Assembly (NCBI GenBank): GCA_046483495.1
Contig: JAWODC010000048.1
Coordinates: 1 to 62,649, forward strand
Length of the DNA stretch: 62,649 bases
Source of the DNA: Desulfobacterales bacterium
Lineage (GTDB): Bacteria > Desulfobacterota > Desulfobacteria > Desulfobacterales > UBA5616
Direction of reading: 5' to 3'
A program made the position numbers and the translations under genes. The notes beneath the pieces were generated by a model. It saw nothing but the letters and a program-made list of their open reading frames with translations, had not been told where the DNA came from and ran no database searches. Of this stretch, positions 39,965 through 49,597 are shown in pieces (the first letter of the stretch is position 1; the number at the start of each line of letters is the position of its first letter).

Positions 39965-41173
39965 CTAAATAATATTGCGTTCCCTCAGCCGAATCAGGTC
40001 ATCAGGGGAATACCCCAGGTAATCACAATAAACGGTTTGGTTGTGCAGGCCTAAAAGCGGGGCCGGCTTCCGGGGTTGGGAAGGCACTTCGGGGAGTCTG
40101 AATGGAACTCCCGGATAGATGATTTTTCCAGCCATGGGGTGCTCGATTTCCTCGAAGGCGTTCCGTGAGATGAATTGAGGATCCTCCAGAATCTCATTGA
40201 TCCGGTAAACCGGAGAAACCGGAATCCGCTCGGCCTGGGCCGATCGAATCAACTCTTGCTGAGTTCGTTCGGCAAGCCATTCATACAAAATCGCTTCAAA
40301 ATCACCATGATGTTCAAGCCTGGCTACGGGATCGGTAAACCGCGGGTCTTCCAGCAGTTCGGGCATCTGCATCCATTTGGTGATCCGGGGCCAGAATGCC
40401 GGGAGAAATCCGTATACGAGAATCATGCCGTCTTTGCAGGGATAATATCCGTAGGGATAATAGCCCTCTTTCCGGTGGCCTTCCCGTTTGATTTCTTCAC
40501 CGCAAAACTCATACACCATCAGTCTGCCCGCACCTTCCGGCGGTGCAGAGAGGCATTCCATAATGGAGATATCCACCTCTTGTCCCCTGCCGGTTGCCGC
40601 CGCACCGAAAAAGGCCCCCGTGGTGACGGCGGCCGCATACGTGCCAGCAAGATATTGCGCTTTATAGCCCGGAAATTTCAAAGGTTCTCGGTCCGGCTCA
40701 CCTTCGGAAAACATGTGCGGCCCCATGGCGAATATAACCAGTTCGGTTGCTTTATAATCCCGGTAGGGTCCGGTTTGGCCGAAATTCGAAATCGAGGTTT
40801 TTACAAGCCTTGGATTGATGTCTTCGAGAACCTGATAATCGAGACCAAGCCCCGGAAGAACCCGCGGCTCGAAATTTTCGACAAGAATATCCGCATCCTC
40901 GATCAATTCCTTGAACATGTTAACGCCTGTTTGGGTTTTCAGGTTCAGGGTAATGCTCTTTTTATTGGTGTTCAAATGAAGGAAAAGCCCGCTTTTTTCG
41001 GGGTGCGGCTCGTCATTGTAGAAAGGACCCAGGCGTCTGGCGCCGTCGCCTTCGCCCGGCTTTTCGATTTTGATGACATCGGCGCCGTAATCGGCGAGCA
41101 GCTTTGTGCAATACGGCCCGGCGATATAATGGGTGAGGTCGAGCACTCGTATGTCTGTCAAGGCTTCTATCAT
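39965..41173 (-). CDS. Family III CoA-transferase, subunit lacking the catalytic Asp
   Basis: IAGPYCTKLLADYGADVIKIE, NTNKKSITL, NFGQTGPY; KAQYLAG at the Asp position. Confidence 0.9.
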   Translation of the reverse strand: MIEALTDIRVLDLTHYIAGPYCTKLLADYGADVIKIEKPGEGDGARRLGPFYNDEPHPEKSGLFLHLNTNKKSITLNLKTQTGVNMFKELIEDADILVENFEPRVLPGLGLDYQVLEDINPRLVKTSISNFGQTGPYRDYKATELVIFAMGPHMFSEGEPDREPLKFPGYKAQYLAGTYAAAVTTGAFFGAAATGRGQEVDISIMECLSAPPEGAGRLMVYEFCGEEIKREGHRKEGYYPYGYYPCKDGMILVYGFLPAFWPRITKWMQMPELLEDPRFTDPVARLEHHGDFEAILYEWLAERTQQELIRSAQAERIPVSPVYRINEILEDPQFISRNAFEEIEHPMAGKIIYPGVPFRLPEVPSQPRKPAPLLGLHNQTVYCDYLGYSPDDLIRLRERNII

Positions 41174-41285
41174 TTCGCCTCCGGTAATCGGAAAAAGGTT
41201 TTTTCGGCAGGTAGGGTTTTTACATGGTCCGTTCGATTTTTTACGTACTTCTCATGTAAAAGGCAAGGGATTTCAGAACCGAGCG

Positions 41286-41987
41286 TTACAGCAGCTGGTT
41301 TAAGGATTGGCGTATTTTATTCCGGAAATCCGAAGGCACCGAGTAGCCCAGGGAAACCGCGGACTCAACGTCCTTTGCCGCTTCTCCGATGTTTCCGTCC
41401 AGGTAATTGGCGATGGCCCGGTTATAGAGGATGCCGCCGTCTCTCGGATTGATTTCAATGGCCCTGTTGAAGTCCGATAAGGCGTTTTTGTATTCTTTTT
41501 TGTAAATGAAGGCCAATCCTCTCATGACATAGCTTTCACAATAATTCGGGTCCAATTCAATAGCCGTACTGAAATAATCGACGGCCTTATCGAAAAGCGA
41601 TTTCTGGATGCAGCTGGTCCCCAGACTATTGAATCCGATTGCGTAGGTCGGATCCAATAAAACGGCTTTTTCATCCTCTGCCATGGATTCATCGATCATG
41701 CCCTGGTTTGCGTAATCGGCCGACCTGAAAAGATGGATGGCGGTTTGCGGATTGATTTTCTCTAAAAGAACATCCTCCACGATTTTCAATCCTTGTTTAA
41801 GCTGAGGGGAATCGGGTTCCAGGTTGAGGCCATCCAAGAATTGCTTCTTTGCCTCTCTGAATTTGCCCTGTATGGCGAATTTCAGCCCCGTATCATAGAA
41901 TTGTTCGACAAAATGCTGGGGATGGCAGAAATTGGGATTTAAAAACAATGTCATTACCGGCAATAGAATGAAAAAAATTTTTCTCAT
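41286..41987 (-). CDS. Exported TPR-repeat protein
   Basis: Signal peptide; TPR repeats (AIELDPNY, AIEINPRD). Confidence 0.85.
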   Translation of the reverse strand: MRKIFFILLPVMTLFLNPNFCHPQHFVEQFYDTGLKFAIQGKFREAKKQFLDGLNLEPDSPQLKQGLKIVEDVLLEKINPQTAIHLFRSADYANQGMIDESMAEDEKAVLLDPTYAIGFNSLGTSCIQKSLFDKAVDYFSTAIELDPNYCESYVMRGLAFIYKKEYKNALSDFNRAIEINPRDGGILYNRAIANYLDGNIGEAAKDVESAVSLGYSVPSDFRNKIRQSLNQLL

Positions 41988-42278
41988 CTTGTGTCTCACC
42001 CGGGGAAACATGTAAACGTTTTTCAGGCGCGGTGATTTGGCGACAGGTGAACGGAGAGCAAAACGTAGAATGTATTCTATATAGCAGAAAATGGTGTAAA
42101 GTGAAAATGTTTTTCAAGCGCCTTCGATAAAAGGTTCCAAATTCATGATAAAGCGTTCGGACCGCCGTACACATTCGCCGAAAAAGGGTCATCAACCGCA
42201 GTGACCGGCAAGAACGCGGTCTTTATTAAAATGGATTTAAGCCTTTGTATGGTCCGGAAATAACCGATTTTGCCGGCT

Positions 42279-43304
42279 CTACTCGGCCGTCAATGTCAAA
42301 AGAATCGTAACCACCTTTTCTGATGATTCGGAAAATCCTTGCACATTCCGATCGAACCGGCCGATTTGCGCAAGTTCCGTCATAAACTGATCTACAAGTG
42401 ATCCCGGAATGACGATGGCCATTGTCAACCCGTGTTCGGCGGCCCCGGCTTTTTCGATGGATGCAACGCTGCCACCCATGTCTGAAGTGATTGTTTCAAC
42501 GTGCTTTGCGGCATCCTGTATCGTTATGCGCGGCTGTTCCGCGTCTGTTCGGCCGAATGCATTTTCCAGGTCCTCCGAACGTTCATGGAGCGCCGGCGAC
42601 GCCCCCCCCCCGGTTTTGTCTTCAAGCCTATCTGCTGTATCAGGAAGTTTCGGCGATACGTAATCCCGGGATGGGCAAAGCGGAGCATCGAGCCTCAATT
42701 CCCATTCAACCGGTGTTTCACCTTCCATTATCATGGGTTCTGAAACCGGAAGGTGGTGTGACATGTCCGATTTTATCGGGTATTCCGACTTCTTTTCCCG
42801 GGCATTTGACCGTTGCTTTTGGTTCTCTTCCAATGAAGGGAATCCTTCAGGCAAACGGGATTCTCCCAACTGAGCAGGCGGCGCCTTGGCCTTTTCTTCC
42901 GCGACCCGGTCATAACGCTGTTCCGGTTCAATCTGAAAACCTGTGCGCTGCCTGCGTGCAAGCTCAGGTTGTTGCATATGGATAACGAAAAGAATGCATC
43001 CGGCCATAATCGTCGCTGTTACAAATCCAAATTGCATTTTTCGGCGGAAGGGCGGCACCAGGGTCCTCAAACGTTTCAGGCCGGATGTTCGGGTGAGCCT
43101 GCGGTGGAGGCTGAAAACAAAATCTTCCGGTGCAGCGACTTCAGGCGTATGTTTAAGTTCGCCGGTCAAGGAGGACAACACGTCCAGTTCCTGTCGACAG
43201 GCGGGGCAGACGCTTAAATGGGCTTCGACTTCCCTTTTCATGCTCGGGGTTAAACAATCGTCGATATACGCTGACAGGTGTCGCTGTATGTGTGTGCACT
43301 TCAT
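42279..43304 (-). CDS. Membrane-anchored zinc-finger (zf-HC2) anti-sigma factor
   Basis: C...LSAYID...HLSVCPAC, one TM helix; overlaps the sigma stop codon. Confidence 0.88.
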   Translation of the reverse strand: MKCTHIQRHLSAYIDDCLTPSMKREVEAHLSVCPACRQELDVLSSLTGELKHTPEVAAPEDFVFSLHRRLTRTSGLKRLRTLVPPFRRKMQFGFVTATIMAGCILFVIHMQQPELARRQRTGFQIEPEQRYDRVAEEKAKAPPAQLGESRLPEGFPSLEENQKQRSNAREKKSEYPIKSDMSHHLPVSEPMIMEGETPVEWELRLDAPLCPSRDYVSPKLPDTADRLEDKTGGGASPALHERSEDLENAFGRTDAEQPRITIQDAAKHVETITSDMGGSVASIEKAGAAEHGLTMAIVIPGSLVDQFMTELAQIGRFDRNVQGFSESSEKVVTILLTLTAE

Positions 43305-43903
43305 AAAAGAATTCCGGTCAGCCTTTTTTTGAGTATTTGCCTGGCACGGGCGATCCTGCTTTTCACGGTTCCGATTTTCAGGCCCGTGAGACTGCTGATA
43401 TCGTCGTAAGACAAGCCTTCCATGTCACGGAGAATCAGGACCGCTTTTTTATCTCCCTGCAATTCATTTACCGCTTGCTGAATCATTCTGCGACGCTCTT
43501 TTGCCTCCAATTGCCGGTGGGGGGATGACGCTTCATCGGTCGGCACAACGGTAAAGGCGCCTTTCTGCGAGTGAAAGGCTTCGACTTTTTGCCGAAAGCG
43601 AAATTCCCAGGATTTTATCCGGTTGCGGCAGGTGTTCACGGCGATGCGGTAGAGCCATGTCGAAAACGCGCTTTCAAACCTGAAGTGGTGAATCGATTGA
43701 AACGCTTTGACAAATATGGTCTGCGCCAGGTCTTCGGCTTCCTGGTAATCACCGGTGAAACGGTGGCAGAGGCTGAACACCCGGTCTTGATGCCGGATTA
43801 CCAATCGGTCGAAGGCTTGTAAATCCCCGGCCACAAACTGCCGGATCAAGGTTGCATCTTCAGCCGCTGACCCGCCGGTTTCTTTATTTGTATATTCCCC
43901 CAT
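43301..43903 (-). CDS. ECF sigma factor (RpoE/SigW-like)
   Basis: GDLQAFDRLV, EAEDLAQ, FSTWLYRIAVN, GLSYDDIS..GTVKSRIARAR. Confidence 0.95.
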   Translation of the reverse strand: MGEYTNKETGGSAAEDATLIRQFVAGDLQAFDRLVIRHQDRVFSLCHRFTGDYQEAEDLAQTIFVKAFQSIHHFRFESAFSTWLYRIAVNTCRNRIKSWEFRFRQKVEAFHSQKGAFTVVPTDEASSPHRQLEAKERRRMIQQAVNELQGDKKAVLILRDMEGLSYDDISSLTGLKIGTVKSRIARARQILKKRLTGILL

Positions 43904-43907
43904 AGGG

Positions 43908-43935
43908 TTAGACAACAGTGAATTGGAAAAGTTCC
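43908..43935 (-). promoter_or_regulatory. Autoregulatory ECF promoter
   Basis: GGAACTT-N16-TCTAA ending 4 nt before the ATG at 43903. Confidence 0.75.
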
Positions 43936-44040
43936 GGTGTTATCGTACAAGCTCTCTTCAATTACCTTCAGCTTTCATATCGAAGGCCTGAGGCCCGGAC
44001 CGCGTTTCATGAACTTTTAAAAGTTGAAGCGTTCAAGGCG

Positions 44041-44682
44041 CTATGAGAACGATAATCCCGTATGAAACGTTAATTCTTCCAGTGCCTGATGCTCGTCGAT
44101 CACCTTGATCGTTTTCATACCCAGTGCTTTTGCGGGTTTTAAGTTGATGCCGAGGTCATCCAGAAAAACGGTCTCTTCGGCAGAAACCCCCATTCGCTCC
44201 AGGACGATTCGATATATCTCAGGGTCCGGCTTGCGGACGCCTTCTTTGCTGGACTCCACAACCACATCGAACATCGCCATGATTTCCTGAAGCCGGGCGG
44301 CTTTTTCTTCGGTTCGGGCCATTGCCGGCTCTTCGCCGGATCGCATGTTGTTGGTGATGCAGGCGAGAAGAAAGTGACGCTTGCATGTTTTCAGGGCGTC
44401 CACCATTCTCGGCCGAATCTCACCTGATAAGAGTTCCAGAACCTTCAGGCCGGGAATGGGGTGCCCGGCGGCCCTCGTTTCTTCTTCGAATTCCGTATCG
44501 AATTCTTCCAGGGTGATCCGGCTGCTTTCAAACCGCGCCCAAGCATTGGACCGCGAATTGGTCGCATTGATCCGCCGGATAAAATCCAATGGGATGCCGT
44601 GTTCCGCTTCAAACCGGTTGAATGCCTCAAAAGGGCTCGATGTGATCACTCCGCCGAAATCCCACAAAACCGCCTTAATCAT
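44041..44682 (-). CDS. HAD-IA hydrolase (sEH-N/ACAD10-like)
   Basis: AVLWDFGGV, ITNN, GVRKPDPEIY, FLDDLGINLKPA. Confidence 0.9.
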   Translation of the reverse strand: MIKAVLWDFGGVITSSPFEAFNRFEAEHGIPLDFIRRINATNSRSNAWARFESSRITLEEFDTEFEEETRAAGHPIPGLKVLELLSGEIRPRMVDALKTCKRHFLLACITNNMRSGEEPAMARTEEKAARLQEIMAMFDVVVESSKEGVRKPDPEIYRIVLERMGVSAEETVFLDDLGINLKPAKALGMKTIKVIDEHQALEELTFHTGLSFS

Positions 44683-44701
44683 TTTGATAAAAAATCCTTT
44701 C

Positions 44702-45163
44702 TCAATATCGAATGACGTTCTTCTCGCTGGCCTCGACAAAGTAAGTTTCCGGTGGAACGATTCTTCTCCCGGACAGGTAACCGCCGGCACTGTATACTTC
44801 CTTTACCCTGATTACACCTACGGATTTGACTCCGAACACCGGATCGTACTTCAGCGACGGATGCTCGGTGAAAGCCTCATAAATGGGACCCTTGGATGTG
44901 AATTCGACAAATTCTCCTTTTATCTGAAAGGAAATACTCGGATCGGGTGCAAATACATTTATGGCTGCCTTTCGGGTCTGAAGCAGATTTTTGGGCGTCT
45001 TCACTCCCAGCAGATTCGCATACACCAGCGTTTCTTCGTCAATGGCGATAAGAGAGGAAATATACACCACATTGGGAGTGCCCTCCTTATCCACGGTGGC
45101 CATCACTTTTACGGCTGACGGATTATTGATCGTCTCAAGAACTTTGGCCGGCATTTTTGCCAT
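44702..45163 (-). CDS. Pyridoxamine 5'-phosphate oxidase-like FMN-binding protein
   Basis: MATVDKEGTPNV...KTPKNL...SFQIKG. Confidence 0.85.
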   Translation of the reverse strand: MAKMPAKVLETINNPSAVKVMATVDKEGTPNVVYISSLIAIDEETLVYANLLGVKTPKNLLQTRKAAINVFAPDPSISFQIKGEFVEFTSKGPIYEAFTEHPSLKYDPVFGVKSVGVIRVKEVYSAGGYLSGRRIVPPETYFVEASEKNVIRY

Positions 45164-45265
45164 ATGATATCCTCCGGTATAGTTGATTGTAAACCGTTCC
45201 CACCCGGAAAGGGAGTGAATCAGCCTTTCGGGATGGACACTGTCGTTTGTTCGGCATATGGACGT

Positions 45266-46183
45266 TTATGAAGATGTCACCACCATTCCATTTCCAAGCA
45301 TTTTTGTAATGATGGTGCAGAGTGCCTCCATTTTTTCCTTTTCGGGCGGCTGCAGCCCTTCGACGAGCGGATAGTTCATGCCCAAACCCTTGTATTTGGC
45401 TTCTCCGAATCGGTGATAGGATAACATATCCACCCGTTCAACAGTGCCGAGGGCTCCTATGATGGCGGCAAGGCCCTCGATATTTTCCGGATTATCCGTG
45501 TATCCGGGTATGATCGGTATTCTGATCCAGATGGGGATGCCGAGCCCTGCGATATGCCCGGCGTTGTCCAGAACCGTGGCAAGATCGACACCGGTGTATT
45601 GCTTATGGCGTTCGGGATCCGCCGCCTTCAGATCATACAGGACCAGATCCGTATAGGGTAAAATGGCATCGAGGTGCTCTCGACGGATATAGCCGCACGT
45701 GTCCAATGCCGTATGCATATCGAGCCTTTTGCAGGCGATGAAAAAATCCCGTGCGAATTCCCACTGAAGACATGCCTCCCCGCCGCTTAATGTGACGCCG
45801 CCGCCGGATTTGGTGTAAAATATCGCATCTCTTTTCGCCGTGTTCACGGCCTGTTCTACGGTAATATCCTCACCGATGATCTGTCTGGCGTTTTCCAGGC
45901 ATGCGTCGACACAGGCGCCGCAGCTCCGGCATAACGTCGTGTCCGTAAGCATACCGTTGTCCGCTGCCGAAACGGCTTTCGTGGGGCATGCGTCAACACA
46001 GTGCAAACAGCCGCAGCATCTGCTTTCAATCCACATGACTTGTATCGTGGTGCGCAGCCCTTCGGGATTATGGCACCATGCGCACCGCATGGGGCACCCT
46101 TTGAGAAAAAAAGTGGTGCGCAGCCCCGGGCCGTCTTCCGTGGAGCACCGCTGTATATTGAATATGCGTGCTGTTTCAGCCAT
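45266..46183 (-). CDS. Glycyl-radical activating enzyme (radical SAM with ferredoxin insert)
   Basis: EDGPGLRTTFFLKGCPMRCAWCHNPE, two CxxCxxCxxxC motifs, GGGVTLSGGE. Confidence 0.95.
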   Translation of the reverse strand: MAETARIFNIQRCSTEDGPGLRTTFFLKGCPMRCAWCHNPEGLRTTIQVMWIESRCCGCLHCVDACPTKAVSAADNGMLTDTTLCRSCGACVDACLENARQIIGEDITVEQAVNTAKRDAIFYTKSGGGVTLSGGEACLQWEFARDFFIACKRLDMHTALDTCGYIRREHLDAILPYTDLVLYDLKAADPERHKQYTGVDLATVLDNAGHIAGLGIPIWIRIPIIPGYTDNPENIEGLAAIIGALGTVERVDMLSYHRFGEAKYKGLGMNYPLVEGLQPPEKEKMEALCTIITKMLGNGMVVTSS

Positions 46184-46188
46184 CGCGA

Positions 46189-48564
46189 TTACAGATCCTG
46201 CTGTGTCCGTGCAATGACTTCGTCCTGCAGCGATTTGCCGATGCTCGTAAAATAAGCGTTGTACCCGGTAATTCGAACCAGCAGGTTTTCATAATCTTTC
46301 GGATTTTTCTGCGCCGCCAAAAGCGTATCCCGGCTGATGACATTGGTTTGAAGTGCGGTTCCGCCGAGTTCTTCATAGGCGCGAAGCAGGGCGGCGAATT
46401 TCATCCGGTGCTCTTTGTCCCGGAGCATGGCCGGATTGAAGGTCACCGTGTAGGAGGCGCCGTTGGGAATGACATCGAACCCCAGCTTCGTCACCGATTG
46501 AAACGCGGCTGTGGGGCCGGATTTATCCATGCCCTGCACCGGGGCCACGGCATTGGACAAGAACTGTCCCCGGATTCTGCCGTCGGGCGTACTTGCCGTC
46601 GTCGGCCCCATGTTGATGAAGTAATTCCATGAGAGATAACCGGCGCGGTATTTTCTGCCGGTAACCGGGTTCGAATATTTGGGAACCTCCATGGCCCAGA
46701 ACCGGGATGCTTCCCGGGCTAAGGCATCGGCGTAATCGTCATCATTGCCGAACTTCGGAGCTTTCAGCAGCATCTGCCGAAGTTCCGGGTGTTCCTGGAA
46801 ATCGGACTTAAGCGCTTTGACAAGTTCTTTGATGGTTATCTTCTTTTCATCGAATACCAGATGCTTTACGGCGATTACCGAATCTGCAGCCGTAGCGAAT
46901 CCGACGCCTTCCACGGTGATAAAGTTGTAAACCGCCCCTCCCATGTTTACGTCTTTACCTTTTTCGATGCAGCCTTCGACGAGCATGGATAAAAACGGGA
47001 CGGGTTCGAAAACGCCCCGCAAGGAATCGGATATATTATACGCCTCCACGGCCAATTCGATAATCTTTTTCGTTTGAGCGAAATACGCCGCTTTGAAATC
47101 CTCGAAAGATGCAAACGTTTCGGGATCAGGGGTTTCTACACCGATTTGATCTCCTGTCGACATGTCTTTTCCACGGTTCAATGCAAATTCCACCGCCTTG
47201 GCCAGGTTGATATTCACATCCACGGTTCCGGACCGGTCTTTGCCTTGGGCGGTGTTCTCCAGGCAGCCCACCACCCCGTAATCCACGGCATCTTCATGTG
47301 AAAGTCCGGCCTTTTCGAGCGCCTTTATGGACATGGAATCAAAGTTCAGCAGAAACGGGGACCCCTGGGTCCGGCTGATATCGGTGATCAGGCGATCCAA
47401 AAACCAATCCGGCGTATTGGCATGGATTCTGACATTCAATTTGGGCTCGAGAAGATTCATATCCATATTGACATCCAGAATCAATGTCGTGAGATCGTTG
47501 GTAAGGTCTTCACCGTTCATTCCCCGGCCGCTCAGAGTGATCAACTGGCCGAATCCGGCATTGATGCCGTTCTTGCCGCCGGTGGTGCCGAACGCATCAT
47601 AAGCATAGTTGTGCCGGATGTTGAAATTCATCAGGAGTTCTTTTGCCCGCTCGACCGTAAGAACACCGCTTTCAATATCGTTTTTGTAATAGGGATACAT
47701 GTACTGATCGAACCGGCCGTAGGACGTTCCCGGACCGGGATAGGATTCGGCGAACATCACCAGGGCATGGGTAAACCATACCGACTGAAGGGCTTCATGA
47801 AATGACCGCGGCGGGTGGTAGGGGACGCGATCGCAAATGTCCGCAATTTCGACAAGCTCTTTTTTTCTTTTTTCTTCCAGCTCTTTTTCGGCCATTTCCC
47901 GGGCTTTGGCGGCATACCGGCCGCTGAATATTTTCGCTCCCTCTATACAGAACAGAACGGCCTGCAAGAAATCCCGTTTTTCCGGAGAAGCCCCTTCCAA
48001 TTGCGCTTTTGCTTCCTTTTCAATGCCGATCAAGCCGATTTCCAGTGCCTTTTTATGGCCGGGAATCAAATGCCCCTGGGTGGCCCCGCAGTTTAACACG
48101 CCGGTTTTGATGTAATAAGCAACCGTTTCGATAAACGCATCTTCCTGCTCCTTCCATTCCTTCGCCTCTTTTTCATCGAGGCAGTTGGATAGAAAGGTGG
48201 CATGGTGGGCGCCGACGATCAAATCACCATCTAAAATACAGGTTGGATGAACCTTTAATGCCTCTTTAAAGAAAACGGCATGCCGGATAACGATGGGAAG
48301 TTCAAAAAAATCGTCGGCCAGGTTCAGTTTCCGGGCAAATGCCAGGGCGCTTTCGCCGAATCCTTTAAGACGTGGTACAATATCCGGTGCGATGGTTAAT
48401 TCATGTCCGGTTAAAACGCTGTCCCAGGGTGTTCCGGTGGTGTAGGGGATGGATTCGTTTCTGAAATAGGGACGGTTTTCCGCGTCCATGTATTCGTCTC
48501 TCAACCGTCTGATGCGCGGCGGAAGGTTATCCGAGGGCTGCCAGATGGGAAGGGGTTCTGCCAT
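46189..48564 (-). CDS. Glycyl-radical enzyme of unknown function (PFL-like family)
   Basis: Cys loop VVGCLE; Gly loop LLVRITGYNAYF; GRFDQY; PKFGNDD; STPDGR. Confidence 0.93.
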   Translation of the reverse strand: MAEPLPIWQPSDNLPPRIRRLRDEYMDAENRPYFRNESIPYTTGTPWDSVLTGHELTIAPDIVPRLKGFGESALAFARKLNLADDFFELPIVIRHAVFFKEALKVHPTCILDGDLIVGAHHATFLSNCLDEKEAKEWKEQEDAFIETVAYYIKTGVLNCGATQGHLIPGHKKALEIGLIGIEKEAKAQLEGASPEKRDFLQAVLFCIEGAKIFSGRYAAKAREMAEKELEEKRKKELVEIADICDRVPYHPPRSFHEALQSVWFTHALVMFAESYPGPGTSYGRFDQYMYPYYKNDIESGVLTVERAKELLMNFNIRHNYAYDAFGTTGGKNGINAGFGQLITLSGRGMNGEDLTNDLTTLILDVNMDMNLLEPKLNVRIHANTPDWFLDRLITDISRTQGSPFLLNFDSMSIKALEKAGLSHEDAVDYGVVGCLENTAQGKDRSGTVDVNINLAKAVEFALNRGKDMSTGDQIGVETPDPETFASFEDFKAAYFAQTKKIIELAVEAYNISDSLRGVFEPVPFLSMLVEGCIEKGKDVNMGGAVYNFITVEGVGFATAADSVIAVKHLVFDEKKITIKELVKALKSDFQEHPELRQMLLKAPKFGNDDDYADALAREASRFWAMEVPKYSNPVTGRKYRAGYLSWNYFINMGPTTASTPDGRIRGQFLSNAVAPVQGMDKSGPTAAFQSVTKLGFDVIPNGASYTVTFNPAMLRDKEHRMKFAALLRAYEELGGTALQTNVISRDTLLAAQKNPKDYENLLVRITGYNAYFTSIGKSLQDEVIARTQQDL

Positions 48565-48601
48565 AATGCATCTCCTTTGGCTTGAAATTGGTGTACGGCC
48601 G

Positions 48602-49450
48602 TTATTGTTTGAGGCCCTTGATCATATCGAAAATATTTCCTTTGAACAATCCGGCCCTTTTTTCAAGGACCCACTTGATGCCGTTCTTCATCGCCGGAAG
48701 AAAAAATCCCTCCCGGGCGCCTCGTGAGAAATGGCCGATGGCATCGAATTCCGGACCCGAGGCCAGGGCGGTGCGGATGCCCATTATTTCGAAAGCCCGG
48801 TTGACCTGCTGCTTGTGCAGCATCAGCAGGTCCGGTGGAACGTTGGCGATGCGCTGCGATAGAAGCTCCACTGCTTCATCCAGCCTCTCCGCTGGTACGG
48901 CGATGTTCACCATTCCGATGGATTCGGCGATTTTACCATCGATCGTGTCGCCGGTAAAGTACAGCATTTTCGCCCACCGAGCGCCCACGATCCACGGCCA
49001 TATGGGGGTTAGCGGCGAACCCATGTCCCGAAGCGGCGGATAGCCGAACTGTGAATCTTCGGCGCACACCACGAGGTCGCACATCATGGCGAGCTCGGTG
49101 CCGCCGGCCAGGCAATAGCCATGCACCCGGGCAATCACCGGTTTTGTGCAATCCCAAATACGCCACCAGTGCCGTTGATTTTCCATGAGCTGTTTTTTAT
49201 CCGCAACCACATCCGGATAAGCATCCGGAGAACCATATGCCGTGGGACCGATATCGAATCCGGCGGAAAACGACCTGCCGGCCCCCTTGATAACAATCAC
49301 ATGGATATCGCGGGTATTTTCAGCCTCATCGAGGGCGGCATCCAATTCATCCATCAGGGATTTGCTCAATGCGTTGAGTTTGTCCGGTCGGTTCAGGGTG
49401 ATGTGGCATGCCTTGCCTTTAATCTCGTAAATAATATCATGAAAATCCAT
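48602..49450 (-). CDS. Crotonase/enoyl-CoA hydratase family protein
   Basis: LNRPDKLNAL, FSAGFD, VHGYCLAGGTEL, FGYPP. Confidence 0.92.
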   Translation of the reverse strand: MDFHDIIYEIKGKACHITLNRPDKLNALSKSLMDELDAALDEAENTRDIHVIVIKGAGRSFSAGFDIGPTAYGSPDAYPDVVADKKQLMENQRHWWRIWDCTKPVIARVHGYCLAGGTELAMMCDLVVCAEDSQFGYPPLRDMGSPLTPIWPWIVGARWAKMLYFTGDTIDGKIAESIGMVNIAVPAERLDEAVELLSQRIANVPPDLLMLHKQQVNRAFEIMGIRTALASGPEFDAIGHFSRGAREGFFLPAMKNGIKWVLEKRAGLFKGNIFDMIKGLKQ

Positions 49451-49597
49451 TTAACATTTCCTGCTGAAGATGATTTAGTGTTTGCATTTGAATGCCGTTT
49501 CGACTATATTGCCGAAACAATTATCCTTCCTGCCTATTTTCATTTCAGGCCCTCCGATCCATATCGTGAGTGACATGTACAACAGGGGAGTCGTCGC

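Noticed and set aside
40175..41452. 425-aa plus-strand ORF
   Set aside because: Antisense shadow of a CoA-transferase
42110..42138. GGAACCT upstream of the TPR gene as a third ECF promoter
   Set aside because: No TCTAA-like -10 box at 16-17 nt spacing
46189..48564. GRE as pyruvate formate-lyase or a fumarate-adding enzyme (BssA/AssA)
   Set aside because: No CC motif; the Cys loop is GCLE, and there are no small subunit genes
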